The notes below the pieces were generated by a model, which saw nothing but the letters and a program-made list of their open reading frames with translations, was not told the DNA's origin and ran no database searches. Position numbers and translations under genes: made by a program. From an uncultured Actinomycetota bacterium (lineage in GTDB: Bacteria; Actinomycetota; Actinomycetes; JAFAQI01), in assembly GCA_963770565.1 (NCBI GenBank), contig CAVYQE010000006.1, forward strand, positions 1 to 64,000: DNA of 64,000 bases, written 5' to 3'. Numbering within the stretch: position 1 is the first letter of the stretch; the number at the start of each line of letters is the position of its first letter. Of the stretch, positions 33,118 to 41,806 are shown one piece after another.

Positions 33118-33897
33118 ATGGCGACGCCTTCAGATCTTCGTGCCGCCTACGCCGCGCAGCAGGCGGCGATCGTCGACTGGCTGCGACGGCTGCCGTCGAC
33201 CGCTGCTGATCAACCGTCCCGGCTGTCGGGGTGGACCGTGCAGCAGCTCGCCTTTCACACCACCGAGGTGCCGCGCGCGTTGACCGCGGCCCTGGGCGAG
33301 GCGCCTCCGGTCGAACGAGCGATGTCGATCAGTGCTTACACCGCACGGTGGCGGGAGTCCGCCGGCCAGATCGAGCAGCGTGATCGGGATGGCGCGGTCG
33401 GGCTCACGCTCACCGACATCGCCGACCGGCACGAGGCCGAAGGCGCCGCGATGATCGCCGCGCTCGATTCGGTGCCGGCGGATCGGGTGGTGGCCGCTCG
33501 CCGCGGCCCGATCCGGGCGATGGACATGCTGACCACGCGGGTCAACGAGCTCGTCGTACACAGCCTCGACCTCAGCGCGTCGATGCCGGATGTTGATGCG
33601 ATCGCGATCGACCCGAGAGCGCTCGGCATTTCCTGCCGGATGCTGGCCGCGATCCTGGCCGAGCGCGCACCAGGACGGTCGGTGGAGGTGCGGGTCCCGC
33701 CGTACGCCGCGGTGCAGTGTGTTGAGGGGCCGCGACACACCCGAGGTACGCCGGCCAACGTCGTCGAGATCAAGCCGATGACGTGGGTCGAGCTCGCGAC
33801 CGGGCGGCTGGAGTGGGCTGCGGCGCTCGCGGCCGGCGCCCTTCAGGTCAGCGGTGAGCGCGCCGACCTCAGCGCCTTGCTCCCCGTCCTCTCCTAA
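33118..33897 (+). CDS. MDMPI N-terminal + bacterial SCP-like domain protein
   Basis: PSRLSGWTVQQLAFH, ELVVHSLDL, APGRSVEVRVPPYAAVQCVEGPRHTRGTPANVVE; usual position between purL and purF. Confidence 0.88.
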   Translation: MATPSDLRAAYAAQQAAIVDWLRRLPSTAADQPSRLSGWTVQQLAFHTTEVPRALTAALGEAPPVERAMSISAYTARWRESAGQIEQRDRDGAVGLTLTDIADRHEAEGAAMIAALDSVPADRVVAARRGPIRAMDMLTTRVNELVVHSLDLSASMPDVDAIAIDPRALGISCRMLAAILAERAPGRSVEVRVPPYAAVQCVEGPRHTRGTPANVVEIKPMTWVELATGRLEWAAALAAGALQVSGERADLSALLPVLS

Positions 33898-33904
33898 CCC
33901 CCCG

Positions 33905-33989
33905 CCAAGCAATGTCACATTGCCCAGCCAAACGCGGGGGTGGAGTCACATTGCGTGGCGAAGGCCACACGCAATGTGACATTGCTTGG
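33905..33989. repeat. Family B repeat, complete three-unit copy
   Basis: GCAATGTCACATTGC (33909), GTGGAGTCACATTGC (33940), GCAATGTGACATTGC (33971); 31-bp period; CCAA/TTGG termini. Confidence 0.9.
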
Positions 33990-34053
33990 GAAGGGGCACC
34001 CGTATGCTGGGGGCTCGGTTTCCCCGACGTCGACGACGACAAGGAGCCTGTCG

Positions 34054-35616
34054 GTGGCGCTCGACGCATCCGACGACTACATCCCTGACGAGGCACCACC
34101 GCGAGACGCCTGTGGCGTCTTCGGCGTCTGGGCGCCCGGCGAAGAGGTGGCGAAGCTCACCTACTACGGGCTGTATGCGTTGCAGCATCGCGGTCAGGAG
34201 GCCGCGGGCATGGCGGTCTCCGACGGCACGGCCGTGGTCGTCTACAAGAACCTCGGCCTGGTCGCGCAGGTCTTCGACGAGCCGATCCTCGGCGCGCTCA
34301 CCGGACACATCGCGATCGGCCACACCCGCTATTCGACGACCGGCTCCTGCACCTGGGAGAACGCTCAGCCGTCGTACCGTCCGTCCGGTCATCGCGGCGG
34401 GATCGCACTCGGCCACAACGGCAACCTGACCAACACCGCCGAGCTCGCCGACCTGCTGGTCGACGGCGCTTTGGGCGACCGGCACTCCGAGGAGGCGCCG
34501 CAGTCGACCAGCGACTCCGACCTGATCACCGCGATGCTCGCCGGCCATCCCGACCTCTCGCTCGAGGCGGCCGCGATGGAGGTGCTGCCGAGGTTGCGCG
34601 GCGCGTTCTCGCTGGTGTTCATGGACGAGAACACGATCTACGCCGCCCGCGATCCGCACGGAGTCCGACCGCTGGTGCTCGGGCGGCTGGAGCGCGGCTG
34701 GGTGGTCGCGAGCGAGAGCGCGGCGCTCGACATCGTCGGGGCGTCGTTCGTCCGCGAGGTCGAGCCGGGCGAGCTGGTTGCGATCGACGAGCATGGCCTG
34801 CGCTCGCAGCACTACGCGGAGGCGACCCCGAAGGGCTGCCTGTTCGAGTACGTCTACCTGGCCCGGCCCGACACGTCGATCGCCGGTCGCTCAGTGCAGG
34901 AGACCAGGGTCGAGGTCGGCCGCCGGCTCGCGCGGCAACACCCGGCCGACGCCGACCTGGTGATCCCGGTGCCGGAGAGCGGCACGCCGGCCGCGGTCGG
35001 GTACGCCGAAGCCAGCGGCATCCCGTACGGCCTGGGCCTGGTCAAGAACGCGTACGTCGGCCGCACCTTCATCCAGCCGTCCAACACGATCCGGCAGCTC
35101 GGCATCCGGCTGAAGCTCAACCCGTTGCGGGCCACGATCGCCGGCAAGCGGCTGGTCGTGGTCGACGACTCGATCGTGCGCGGCAACACCCAGCGCGCGC
35201 TGGTGCGGATGCTGCGCGAGGCCGGCGCGCGCGAGGTGCACGTCCGGATCTCCTCCCCGCCGGTCCAGTGGCCGTGCTTCTACGGGATCGACTTCGCCTC
35301 GCGGGCCGAGCTGATCGCCAACGGGCTGAACGTCGACCAGGTGTGCGCCTCGATCGGTGCCGACTCGCTCGGCTACATCTCGCTCGACGAACTGGTCTCG
35401 GCGACGACGCTGCCGGCCGAGCGGTTGTGCACCGCCTGCTTCACCGGCGACTACCCGATCGAGCTGCCGGCGCCCGAGCTGCTCGGCAAGCACATGCTCG
35501 AGGGCATCTCGCGCGCGGTCGAGAGCGGCGCCGACGTCGACGAGCTCTCACCGGATTCCGACTTCGAGCCGATGCTCCCGGGTGTCGGCGCCGGTGACGC
35601 GCTTCAACGACCGTGA
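34054..35616 (+). CDS. purF: Amidophosphoribosyltransferase
   Basis: ACGVFG, LQHRGQE, VDDSIVRGNT; start set at GTG 34054 after AAGGAG. Confidence 0.97.
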   Translation: MALDASDDYIPDEAPPRDACGVFGVWAPGEEVAKLTYYGLYALQHRGQEAAGMAVSDGTAVVVYKNLGLVAQVFDEPILGALTGHIAIGHTRYSTTGSCTWENAQPSYRPSGHRGGIALGHNGNLTNTAELADLLVDGALGDRHSEEAPQSTSDSDLITAMLAGHPDLSLEAAAMEVLPRLRGAFSLVFMDENTIYAARDPHGVRPLVLGRLERGWVVASESAALDIVGASFVREVEPGELVAIDEHGLRSQHYAEATPKGCLFEYVYLARPDTSIAGRSVQETRVEVGRRLARQHPADADLVIPVPESGTPAAVGYAEASGIPYGLGLVKNAYVGRTFIQPSNTIRQLGIRLKLNPLRATIAGKRLVVVDDSIVRGNTQRALVRMLREAGAREVHVRISSPPVQWPCFYGIDFASRAELIANGLNVDQVCASIGADSLGYISLDELVSATTLPAERLCTACFTGDYPIELPAPELLGKHMLEGISRAVESGADVDELSPDSDFEPMLPGVGAGDALQRP

Positions 35617-36617
35617 CCGAACCGGTCGAGGGTGCAGCGACGTACGCCGCGGCCGGGGTCGACATCGAGGCCGGCGAGCTGGCCGTCGACCTGATCAAGT
35701 CGCGGCTGCGGTCGACCAGGCCTGAGGTGGTCGGCGGCCTCGGTGGTTTCGCCGGGCTGTTCCGGATCGATGCCGACCGGCTGCTCGCCACCTCGACCGA
35801 CGGAGTCGGCACGAAGGTCGCGATCGCCCAGGCGATGGACCGGCACGACACGATCGGCCAGGACCTGGTCGGAATGGTGGTCGACGACATCGTGGTCTGT
35901 GGTGCCGAGCCGCTGTTCATGACCGACTACATCGCCTGCGGCCGAGTGGTTCCCGAGCGGATCGCCGACCTGGTCGCCGGCATCGACGCCGGGTGCGTCC
36001 TGGCCGGCTGCGCACTGATCGGCGGCGAGACCGCCGAGCACCCGGGTCTGCTCGACCCGGACGCCTACGACCTGGCGGGCGCGGCGACCGGCGTCGTGCG
36101 GGCCGACTCCGTGCTCGGCCCGGATCGGGTGCGGGCCGGCGACGTCGTGGTGGCGATGGCCTCGAGCGGCCTGCACGCCAACGGCTACTCGCTGGCCCGG
36201 CACGTTCTGCTCACGGTCAACCGGATCTCGCTGGACTCGATCGCCGACCTCGGCGAGCCGCTCGGCGAGGTGCTGCTCACCCCGACCCGGATCTACGCCA
36301 AGGACTGCCTCGCGCTCGCCGCAGCGCTCGAGGTCCACGCGTTCGCGCACGTCACCGGCGGAGGGCTGTCGGCCAACCTGGATCGAGTGCTCCCGCCGAG
36401 CCTCTCAGCCGCGATCGACCGTACGACGTGGACGCCGGCGCCGATCTTCGCGCTGATCGCCGATCGCGGTTCGGTCGCCGAGCCGGAGATGGAGCGCACC
36501 TTCAACCTCGGCGTCGGGATGGTCGCCGTCGTACCAGCGGAGGCTGCCGACGCCGCGGTCACGCACCTCACCGACCGAGGCGTACCGGCCTGGATCGCCG
36601 GCGAAATCAGAAGTTGA
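35613..36617 (+). CDS. purM: AIR synthetase
   Basis: YAAAGVDI, TDGVGTK, GGETAEHP, SSGLHANGYSL, FNLGVG. Confidence 0.98.
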   Translation: MTEPVEGAATYAAAGVDIEAGELAVDLIKSRLRSTRPEVVGGLGGFAGLFRIDADRLLATSTDGVGTKVAIAQAMDRHDTIGQDLVGMVVDDIVVCGAEPLFMTDYIACGRVVPERIADLVAGIDAGCVLAGCALIGGETAEHPGLLDPDAYDLAGAATGVVRADSVLGPDRVRAGDVVVAMASSGLHANGYSLARHVLLTVNRISLDSIADLGEPLGEVLLTPTRIYAKDCLALAAALEVHAFAHVTGGGLSANLDRVLPPSLSAAIDRTTWTPAPIFALIADRGSVAEPEMERTFNLGVGMVAVVPAEAADAAVTHLTDRGVPAWIAGEIRS

Positions 36618-36673
36618 TCATGGCAAAGCGAGCGATCTTCGTCGCGAAATCCGCGCTTTTCGCCATGATCAAC
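36613..36673. repeat. 61-bp palindromic repeat, family A, left of DUF559 gene
   Basis: GTTGATCATGGC...GCCATGATCAAC; supplies the purM TGA; first 22 nt identical to the copy at 17982. Confidence 0.9.
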
Positions 36674-36737
36674 TGATTCGGGCGGGCAGCTGTGGACGGC
36701 GGCGCGACTGCCGCCGGTCGCGCGGCATTCTCGTCCG

Positions 36738-37616
36738 ATGCAGCGTCCGCGGCCCTCGCCGCTCACCGGGCCGTTCACCGCGCGCCAAGCCGAACGCGTC
36801 GGCCTGACCCGCCACGCCCTCCGGAGCTCGGCGTGGCGCCCGGTCACCCGCGGCGTCTGGATCGCAGCGAGCGAGATCATCGATCGGAGCGTCTGGGTCG
36901 ACGCGGCTCGCCTGGTCCTGCCGGTCGACGCCGTCCTGTGCGGTCCATCGGCTGCGGTCGACTACGGCGTCGATGTTCGCGCCGCTGACGATCTGCTCGT
37001 TCATGCCGCCTTCGACGGTCAGGTCCCTCGCCGTCGGCCGGGAATGGTGCTGCGGCAGGTCGAACTCCGGCCTGAGGAGGTGGTGGTTCGGGCCCGCTGG
37101 CTAACGACCACCGAGCTGCGAACCGCGTTCGACTGTGCGCGCTGGTTGCCGCTCGTCGATGCCGTGGTCCTGGTCGACGCGATGGCCCACGCCGGGCTCA
37201 TCGACGTCGCCGAGCTGAAGCAGTTCGCGCTCGATCACCCGCGCGTTCGTGGGCTGTGGCAGGTCGTCCGGGTGGCCGACCTCGCCGATCCGCTGGCCGA
37301 GTCGCCGATGGAGACGCGGCAGCGGTTGGTGCTCGTCTTTGCCGGGCTGCCGCGCCCGGTGAGCCAGTTGAACGTGTACGACGCCGCCGGCCGATTCGTC
37401 GCCCGACTCGACCTTGCGTATGAGGCCGAAAAGGTTGCCGTGGAGTACGACGGCGCCCACCACTGGACCGAGCGTCGCCACGACGACCGACGCCGCGACG
37501 CGTTGCGCGCGCTCGGATGGACCGTCCTCGTGTTCAGCGCCGACGACGTCTACCGAACGCCGTGGCTCGTGGCGGCTAAGGTCGAGGCCGCGCTGGCCGC
37601 CGCGCGCCGGCGTTGA
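36738..37616 (+). CDS. AbiEi-like N-terminus + DUF559/Vsr-like endonuclease domain protein
   Basis: PFTARQA..GL...RGVW N-terminus; AESPMET, RLDLAY..KVAVEYDGAHH...D.RR..L..LGW; CATTCT-N6-ATG start. Confidence 0.88.
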   Translation: MQRPRPSPLTGPFTARQAERVGLTRHALRSSAWRPVTRGVWIAASEIIDRSVWVDAARLVLPVDAVLCGPSAAVDYGVDVRAADDLLVHAAFDGQVPRRRPGMVLRQVELRPEEVVVRARWLTTTELRTAFDCARWLPLVDAVVLVDAMAHAGLIDVAELKQFALDHPRVRGLWQVVRVADLADPLAESPMETRQRLVLVFAGLPRPVSQLNVYDAAGRFVARLDLAYEAEKVAVEYDGAHHWTERRHDDRRRDALRALGWTVLVFSADDVYRTPWLVAAKVEAALAAARRR

Positions 37617-37631
37617 TCGCCGCCCGCCAGA

Positions 37632-37692
37632 GTTGATCATGGCGTTATGCGCGAAAAAACGCCGTCAAACTGCGCATTTCGCCATGATCAAC
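37632..37692. repeat. 61-bp palindromic repeat, family A, right of DUF559 gene
   Basis: GTTGATCATGGCG...CGCCATGATCAAC with inner stem ATGCGC/GCGCAT. Confidence 0.9.
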
Positions 37693-37700
37693 TTGGCGCG

Positions 37701-37904
37701 TCAGTCAGCGCCGGTGTCAGTTTCAGCGTCGTCGTACTCGTCGGTGTCGGTGTCGGTTTCGTCCGACGGCGTGCTGCTGACGTAGGAGCTGCCGCGCTCG
37801 GCGGCGAGCTCCTCTTGCAGTCGATCGAGATCAGTGCCGCCGCTGGAGTACTTCAGCTGGCGGGCGACCTTCGTCTGCTTGGCCTTGGCCCGGCCGCGCC
37901 CCAT
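37701..37904 (-). CDS. DUF3073 family protein
   Basis: MGRGRAKAKQTKVARQLKY plus acidic tail; usually convergent on purM. Confidence 0.93.
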   Translation of the reverse strand: MGRGRAKAKQTKVARQLKYSSGGTDLDRLQEELAAERGSSYVSSTPSDETDTDTDEYDDAETDTGAD

Positions 37905-38008
37905 GTGGCTCGACCCCCTCGTGCGCCGGGCCGACCCGGTGCGATTCGGACGTGTTCGACTAGGAGGATCCGGCGAGGCCGAATCCCCTTCAGGATAACG
38001 CCCCCGGG

Positions 38009-39079
38009 CTACCGATGGGGAAGCCAGACCCGTCGCAGCGCCCCGATCTGCTCCATCCGCCGCTCGGCCAGCCGGTCGGCCGCGACCGACGGCGGCACGC
38101 CCTCGGCGGCCGCGAGGGAGAAGATTCGCAGCGTGGTGTCGTAGATCCCGGTCGCCTTGGCCCGCGCCCTCGCCTCGCTGTAACCCTCGATCTCGTCCGC
38201 GACCTGGATCAGGCCGCCCGAGTTGACCACGTAGTCCGGCGCGTAGAGCACGCCGCGCTGCTCCAGCACCTTCTCGATCCCGGGGTGGGCGAGCTGGTTG
38301 TTGGCCGCTCCGCACACCACCCGGGCCAGCAGCTTGGGCACGGTCTCGTCCGAGAGCGCCGCACCCAGCGCGCACGGCGCATACACGTCCATCGGCTCGC
38401 TGACCAGCGCATCCGGCGCGACCGCGTCGACTTCCGGGTGGATCAGCCTGACCCGGTCGACCGCGTCGGCTGCAACGTCGGTGACCACGACTTCGGCGCC
38501 GTCCTCGAGCAGGTGCTCGACCAGGTGATGCCCGACCTTGCCGACCCCGGAGATGCCGACCCGCCGCCCCCGCAACGTCGGCGATCCCCACGCGACCTCC
38601 GCCGCGGCCCGCATGCCCTGAAAGACGCCGTACGCCGTCAAGATCGACGAGTCGCCGGCCCCGCCGTGGGCCGGCGAGCGACCGGTCACGAAGGTGCACT
38701 CCCGGGCGATGACGTCCATGTCCTCGACGTAGGTCCCGACGTCGCAGGCGGTGTAGTACCGACCGCCGATCGCTTGTACGAACCGGCCGTAGGCGCGCAG
38801 CAGCGCCTCGGACTTGTCGACCGCGGGGTCACCGATGATCACCGCCTTGCCGCCGCCGAGATCGAGCCCGGCGCACGCGGCTTTGTAGGCCATCGCCTTC
38901 GACAGGTTCAGGACGTCGGCCAGCGCGTCGGCCTCGCTGGCGTACGGGTAGAAGCGGGTGCCGCCGAGGGCAGGCCCGAGTGCAGTCGAGTAGATCGCGA
39001 TGATCGCGCGCAGCCCGCTGGCCGGGTCGTTGCAGAAGACGACCTGCTCGTGCGAGGCGCCGGATTCGAAGACGCTCAC
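38009..39079 (-). CDS. Leu/Phe/Val dehydrogenase (valine dehydrogenase-like)
   Basis: [39 protein letters not shown]. Confidence 0.93.
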   Translation of the reverse strand: MSVFESGASHEQVVFCNDPASGLRAIIAIYSTALGPALGGTRFYPYASEADALADVLNLSKAMAYKAACAGLDLGGGKAVIIGDPAVDKSEALLRAYGRFVQAIGGRYYTACDVGTYVEDMDVIARECTFVTGRSPAHGGAGDSSILTAYGVFQGMRAAAEVAWGSPTLRGRRVGISGVGKVGHHLVEHLLEDGAEVVVTDVAADAVDRVRLIHPEVDAVAPDALVSEPMDVYAPCALGAALSDETVPKLLARVVCGAANNQLAHPGIEKVLEQRGVLYAPDYVVNSGGLIQVADEIEGYSEARARAKATGIYDTTLRIFSLAAAEGVPPSVAADRLAERRMEQIGALRRVWLPHR

Positions 39080-39132
39080 CCTCGCAGGTTAGACCGTGTC
39101 CCCAGGGCCGGACTGCGTGACAGGATGATGTC

Positions 39133-39990
39133 GTGACCGGGTACGCCGCGCACCTTCGGGTCTACGAGCCGATGTCCGGCCTGCCCGAGGCGGAGCAGGC
39201 GAGGTGGCAGGAGTACGTCAAGCAGGGCGACATCCCGAGCCGCCCGGTCCAGATGGCCCGCGAGCACGAGGTGGCGCTGTCCGCCGTACTGTCCGTGCCG
39301 CCCCGATTCGATCTCTCCGACGGGGTCGAGCACGCCTACGTCCGGCATCTCGACGGCCTGACCTACGTCTGCCCGTGGCGGTTGCAACTGCGGGCGTGGG
39401 ACGCGCTCGACAGCTTCCGTTCGCAGCTGCCCGACGAGCTGCAGGACGCCTTCTTCCCGCCCGCGCTCACCGCCGAGGCGGATCTGGCTCGCGACGCCTG
39501 GGTGGCCCGCCACCCCGAGGTCAAGGCCGGGATCCTGACCTCGACCTGGCAGGTGCCGGTCGCCTGGTTCACCGTCTTCGAGGCCTCCGAGCGCCGCCTC
39601 GTCCTCGGCGACCGTCGCGCGGCCAGTGGCACCGCGGGCGGCCTCGACCGGGCGATGATCTACCTGACCGCGATGTCGCGGGCCCGCCGGCGGGTGGCCC
39701 AGGCGCTGCGGATCGTCCGGAAGGTCTTCGACGAGGGCCCGGCGACGCTCGCGATCGAGGACGTCGGGCGCTGGCTGGAGGACTTCCACCCGCACTCCCT
39801 CGTCGAGCTCGACTACGGCGGGCTGGTGCACCTGTTCGACGACGAGGCGTTGTCCGCGGACGCCTCGGTGGCCGAGGTCGGCGAGTCGCTCGAGCGCCTT
39901 GCGGTCGGCGATGTCCAGGCCGCGGGGGAGTGCTACGAGAAGGTCATCGGGCGCTGGCGGGCGATCGCGGCCCTTGAGCACGCAAACTAA
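39133..39990 (+). CDS. Conserved actinobacterial hypothetical protein upstream of bldC
   Basis: 285-aa ORF with GC-rich third positions; YAAHLRVYEP...WLEDFHPHSLVELDYGGL. Confidence 0.8.
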   Translation: MTGYAAHLRVYEPMSGLPEAEQARWQEYVKQGDIPSRPVQMAREHEVALSAVLSVPPRFDLSDGVEHAYVRHLDGLTYVCPWRLQLRAWDALDSFRSQLPDELQDAFFPPALTAEADLARDAWVARHPEVKAGILTSTWQVPVAWFTVFEASERRLVLGDRRAASGTAGGLDRAMIYLTAMSRARRRVAQALRIVRKVFDEGPATLAIEDVGRWLEDFHPHSLVELDYGGLVHLFDDEALSADASVAEVGESLERLAVGDVQAAGECYEKVIGRWRAIAALEHAN

Positions 39991-40186
39991 CGGCGTCGGC
40001 GGTACGCCGTAGGAGTGAACGGGGGATGGATCAAAATTCAGCATTAATCGGATGAAAAACCGATAAACCGTACTAGTCAACCGATGCCCAAAGATGGTTC
40101 GGATGGGCCATACCGGACATGCTGCCGAATCTGCACTATGGGAGCCCTGATCGGCCGTACAAACGGTCGCCATGACGGGAGTCCTG

Positions 40187-40393
40187 ATGAGCACTCGCAC
40201 CGCTGATGCCGAGCCGCTGCTCACCCCCGCCGAAGTCGCCACCATGTTCCGGGTGGACCCGAAGACCGTCACTCGCTGGGCCAAGGCCGGCAAGCTGACC
40301 TCGATCCGCACTCTCGGCGGCCACCGCCGCTACCGCGAGGCGGAGGTGCGCTCGCTGCTCGCCGGCGTGCCTCAGCAGCCGCGCGCCACCTGA
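40187..40393 (+). CDS. bldC: BldC family MerR-like transcriptional regulator (68 aa)
   Basis: EPLLTPAEVATMFRVDPKTVTRWAKAGKLTSIRTLGGHRRYREAEVR closely matches Streptomyces BldC as I recall it. Confidence 0.95.
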   Translation: MSTRTADAEPLLTPAEVATMFRVDPKTVTRWAKAGKLTSIRTLGGHRRYREAEVRSLLAGVPQQPRAT

Positions 40394-40414
40394 GTCGCAA
40401 CCGCAGTCACTGAC

Positions 40415-40446
40415 GCCCCGGGCCGGTGACCGGCCGGGGCGGCTTT
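40415..40446 (+). terminator. Putative intrinsic terminator after bldC
   Basis: GCCCCG-GGCCGGT-G-ACCGGCC-GGGGC hairpin followed by a short T run. Confidence 0.55.
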
Positions 40447-40514
40447 GTATGCGCCGCGCGCCGACGCGCCCAAATCGACGCGACCTGCCGCCAGTCGCCA
40501 CGTACATTCGATTC

Positions 40515-41726
40515 ATGGACATTCGCCAGTCCGACAAGCTCAAGGACGTCGCGTACGACGTACGCGGGCCGCTGCTCGACGAGGCGGCGCGGATGGAGGA
40601 CGAGGGCTTCCGGATCCTCAAGCTGAACATCGGCAACCCGGCCCCGTTCGGTTTCGAGGCGCCGGAGGAGATCCTCCACGCGGTGATCCACAACCTGCCG
40701 ACCGCGCAGGGCTACAGCGATTCGAAGGGGTTGTTCTCGGCCCGGACCGCGGTCGAGCAGTACTACCAGCTGCACGGCCTGGAATCGATCGGGGTCGACG
40801 ACATCTACCTGGGCAACGGGGTCAGCGAGCTGATCTCGATGACCCTGCAGGCGCTGCTCAACGACGGCGACGAGGTGCTGATCCCCGCGCCCGACTATCC
40901 GCTGTGGACCGCGGTCACCAGCCTGTGCGGCGGCCGGGCGGTCCACTACCGCTGCGACGAGCGGGCCGACTGGCTCCCCGACCTGGACGACCTCGCGGCC
41001 AAGGTCAGCGATCGGACCCGGGCGCTGGTGGTCATCAACCCCAACAACCCGACCGGTGCGGTCTATCCGAGGCCGATGCTCGAGGCGCTGGTGGAGTTCG
41101 CCCGGCAGCACGACCTGGTCGTCTTCGCCGACGAGATCTACGACAAGATCCTGTACGACGACGCCACTCACACCGTGATGGCCTCGCTCGCCCCCGACGT
41201 CCTGTGCCTGACCTTCAGCGGCCTGTCGAAGTCGTACCGGGTCGCGGGCTTTCGGGCCGGGTGGGTGGTGGTGAGCGGGCCGAAGCAGCATGCCCAGAGC
41301 TACATCGCCGGGCTGTCCGTGCTCGCGAACATGCGGCTGTGCCCGAACGTGCCCTCGCAGCACGCGATCCAGCCGGCGCTCGGCGGGCACCAGAGCATCA
41401 ACGACCTGGTGCTGCCCGGCGGGCGATTGCTGGCCCAGCGCGACCTGGCCTGGGAGATGTTGAACGCGATCCCCGGGGTGAGCTGCACCAAGCCCAAGGG
41501 CGCGCTCTACGCGTTCCCCCGGCTCGATCCGGCGGTTTACCCGATCGTGGACGACGAGCGGATGGCGCTCGATCTGCTGAAGTCAGAGAAGATCCTGGTC
41601 ACACACGGGCGCGGCTTCAACTGGCCGGACCCCGACCACCTGCGGATCGTGACCCTGCCCGCCGTCGACGTCCTCGAGGACGCGATCGGGCGTTTCGGGC
41701 GGTTCCTGGAGACGTATCGCCAGTAG
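40515..41726 (+). CDS. alaA: PLP-dependent class I/II aminotransferase (AlaA-like)
   Basis: LKLNIGNPAPFGF, NPNNPTG, DEIYDK, GLSKSYRVAGFRAGW; TACATT-N6-ATG. Confidence 0.88.
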   Translation: MDIRQSDKLKDVAYDVRGPLLDEAARMEDEGFRILKLNIGNPAPFGFEAPEEILHAVIHNLPTAQGYSDSKGLFSARTAVEQYYQLHGLESIGVDDIYLGNGVSELISMTLQALLNDGDEVLIPAPDYPLWTAVTSLCGGRAVHYRCDERADWLPDLDDLAAKVSDRTRALVVINPNNPTGAVYPRPMLEALVEFARQHDLVVFADEIYDKILYDDATHTVMASLAPDVLCLTFSGLSKSYRVAGFRAGWVVVSGPKQHAQSYIAGLSVLANMRLCPNVPSQHAIQPALGGHQSINDLVLPGGRLLAQRDLAWEMLNAIPGVSCTKPKGALYAFPRLDPAVYPIVDDERMALDLLKSEKILVTHGRGFNWPDPDHLRIVTLPAVDVLEDAIGRFGRFLETYRQ

Positions 41727-41806
41727 GTCCAGGGCTACTTGATCCACAGAGCCACCTGATCCATTTGGGCCATTTAGCGTCATCAACCTCCGTCGACAAA
41801 TCGAAG

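Noticed and set aside
36738-37616. Type IV toxin-antitoxin (AbiEi/AbiEii) module
   Set aside because: No adjacent nucleotidyltransferase toxin; the gene stands alone between palindromes.
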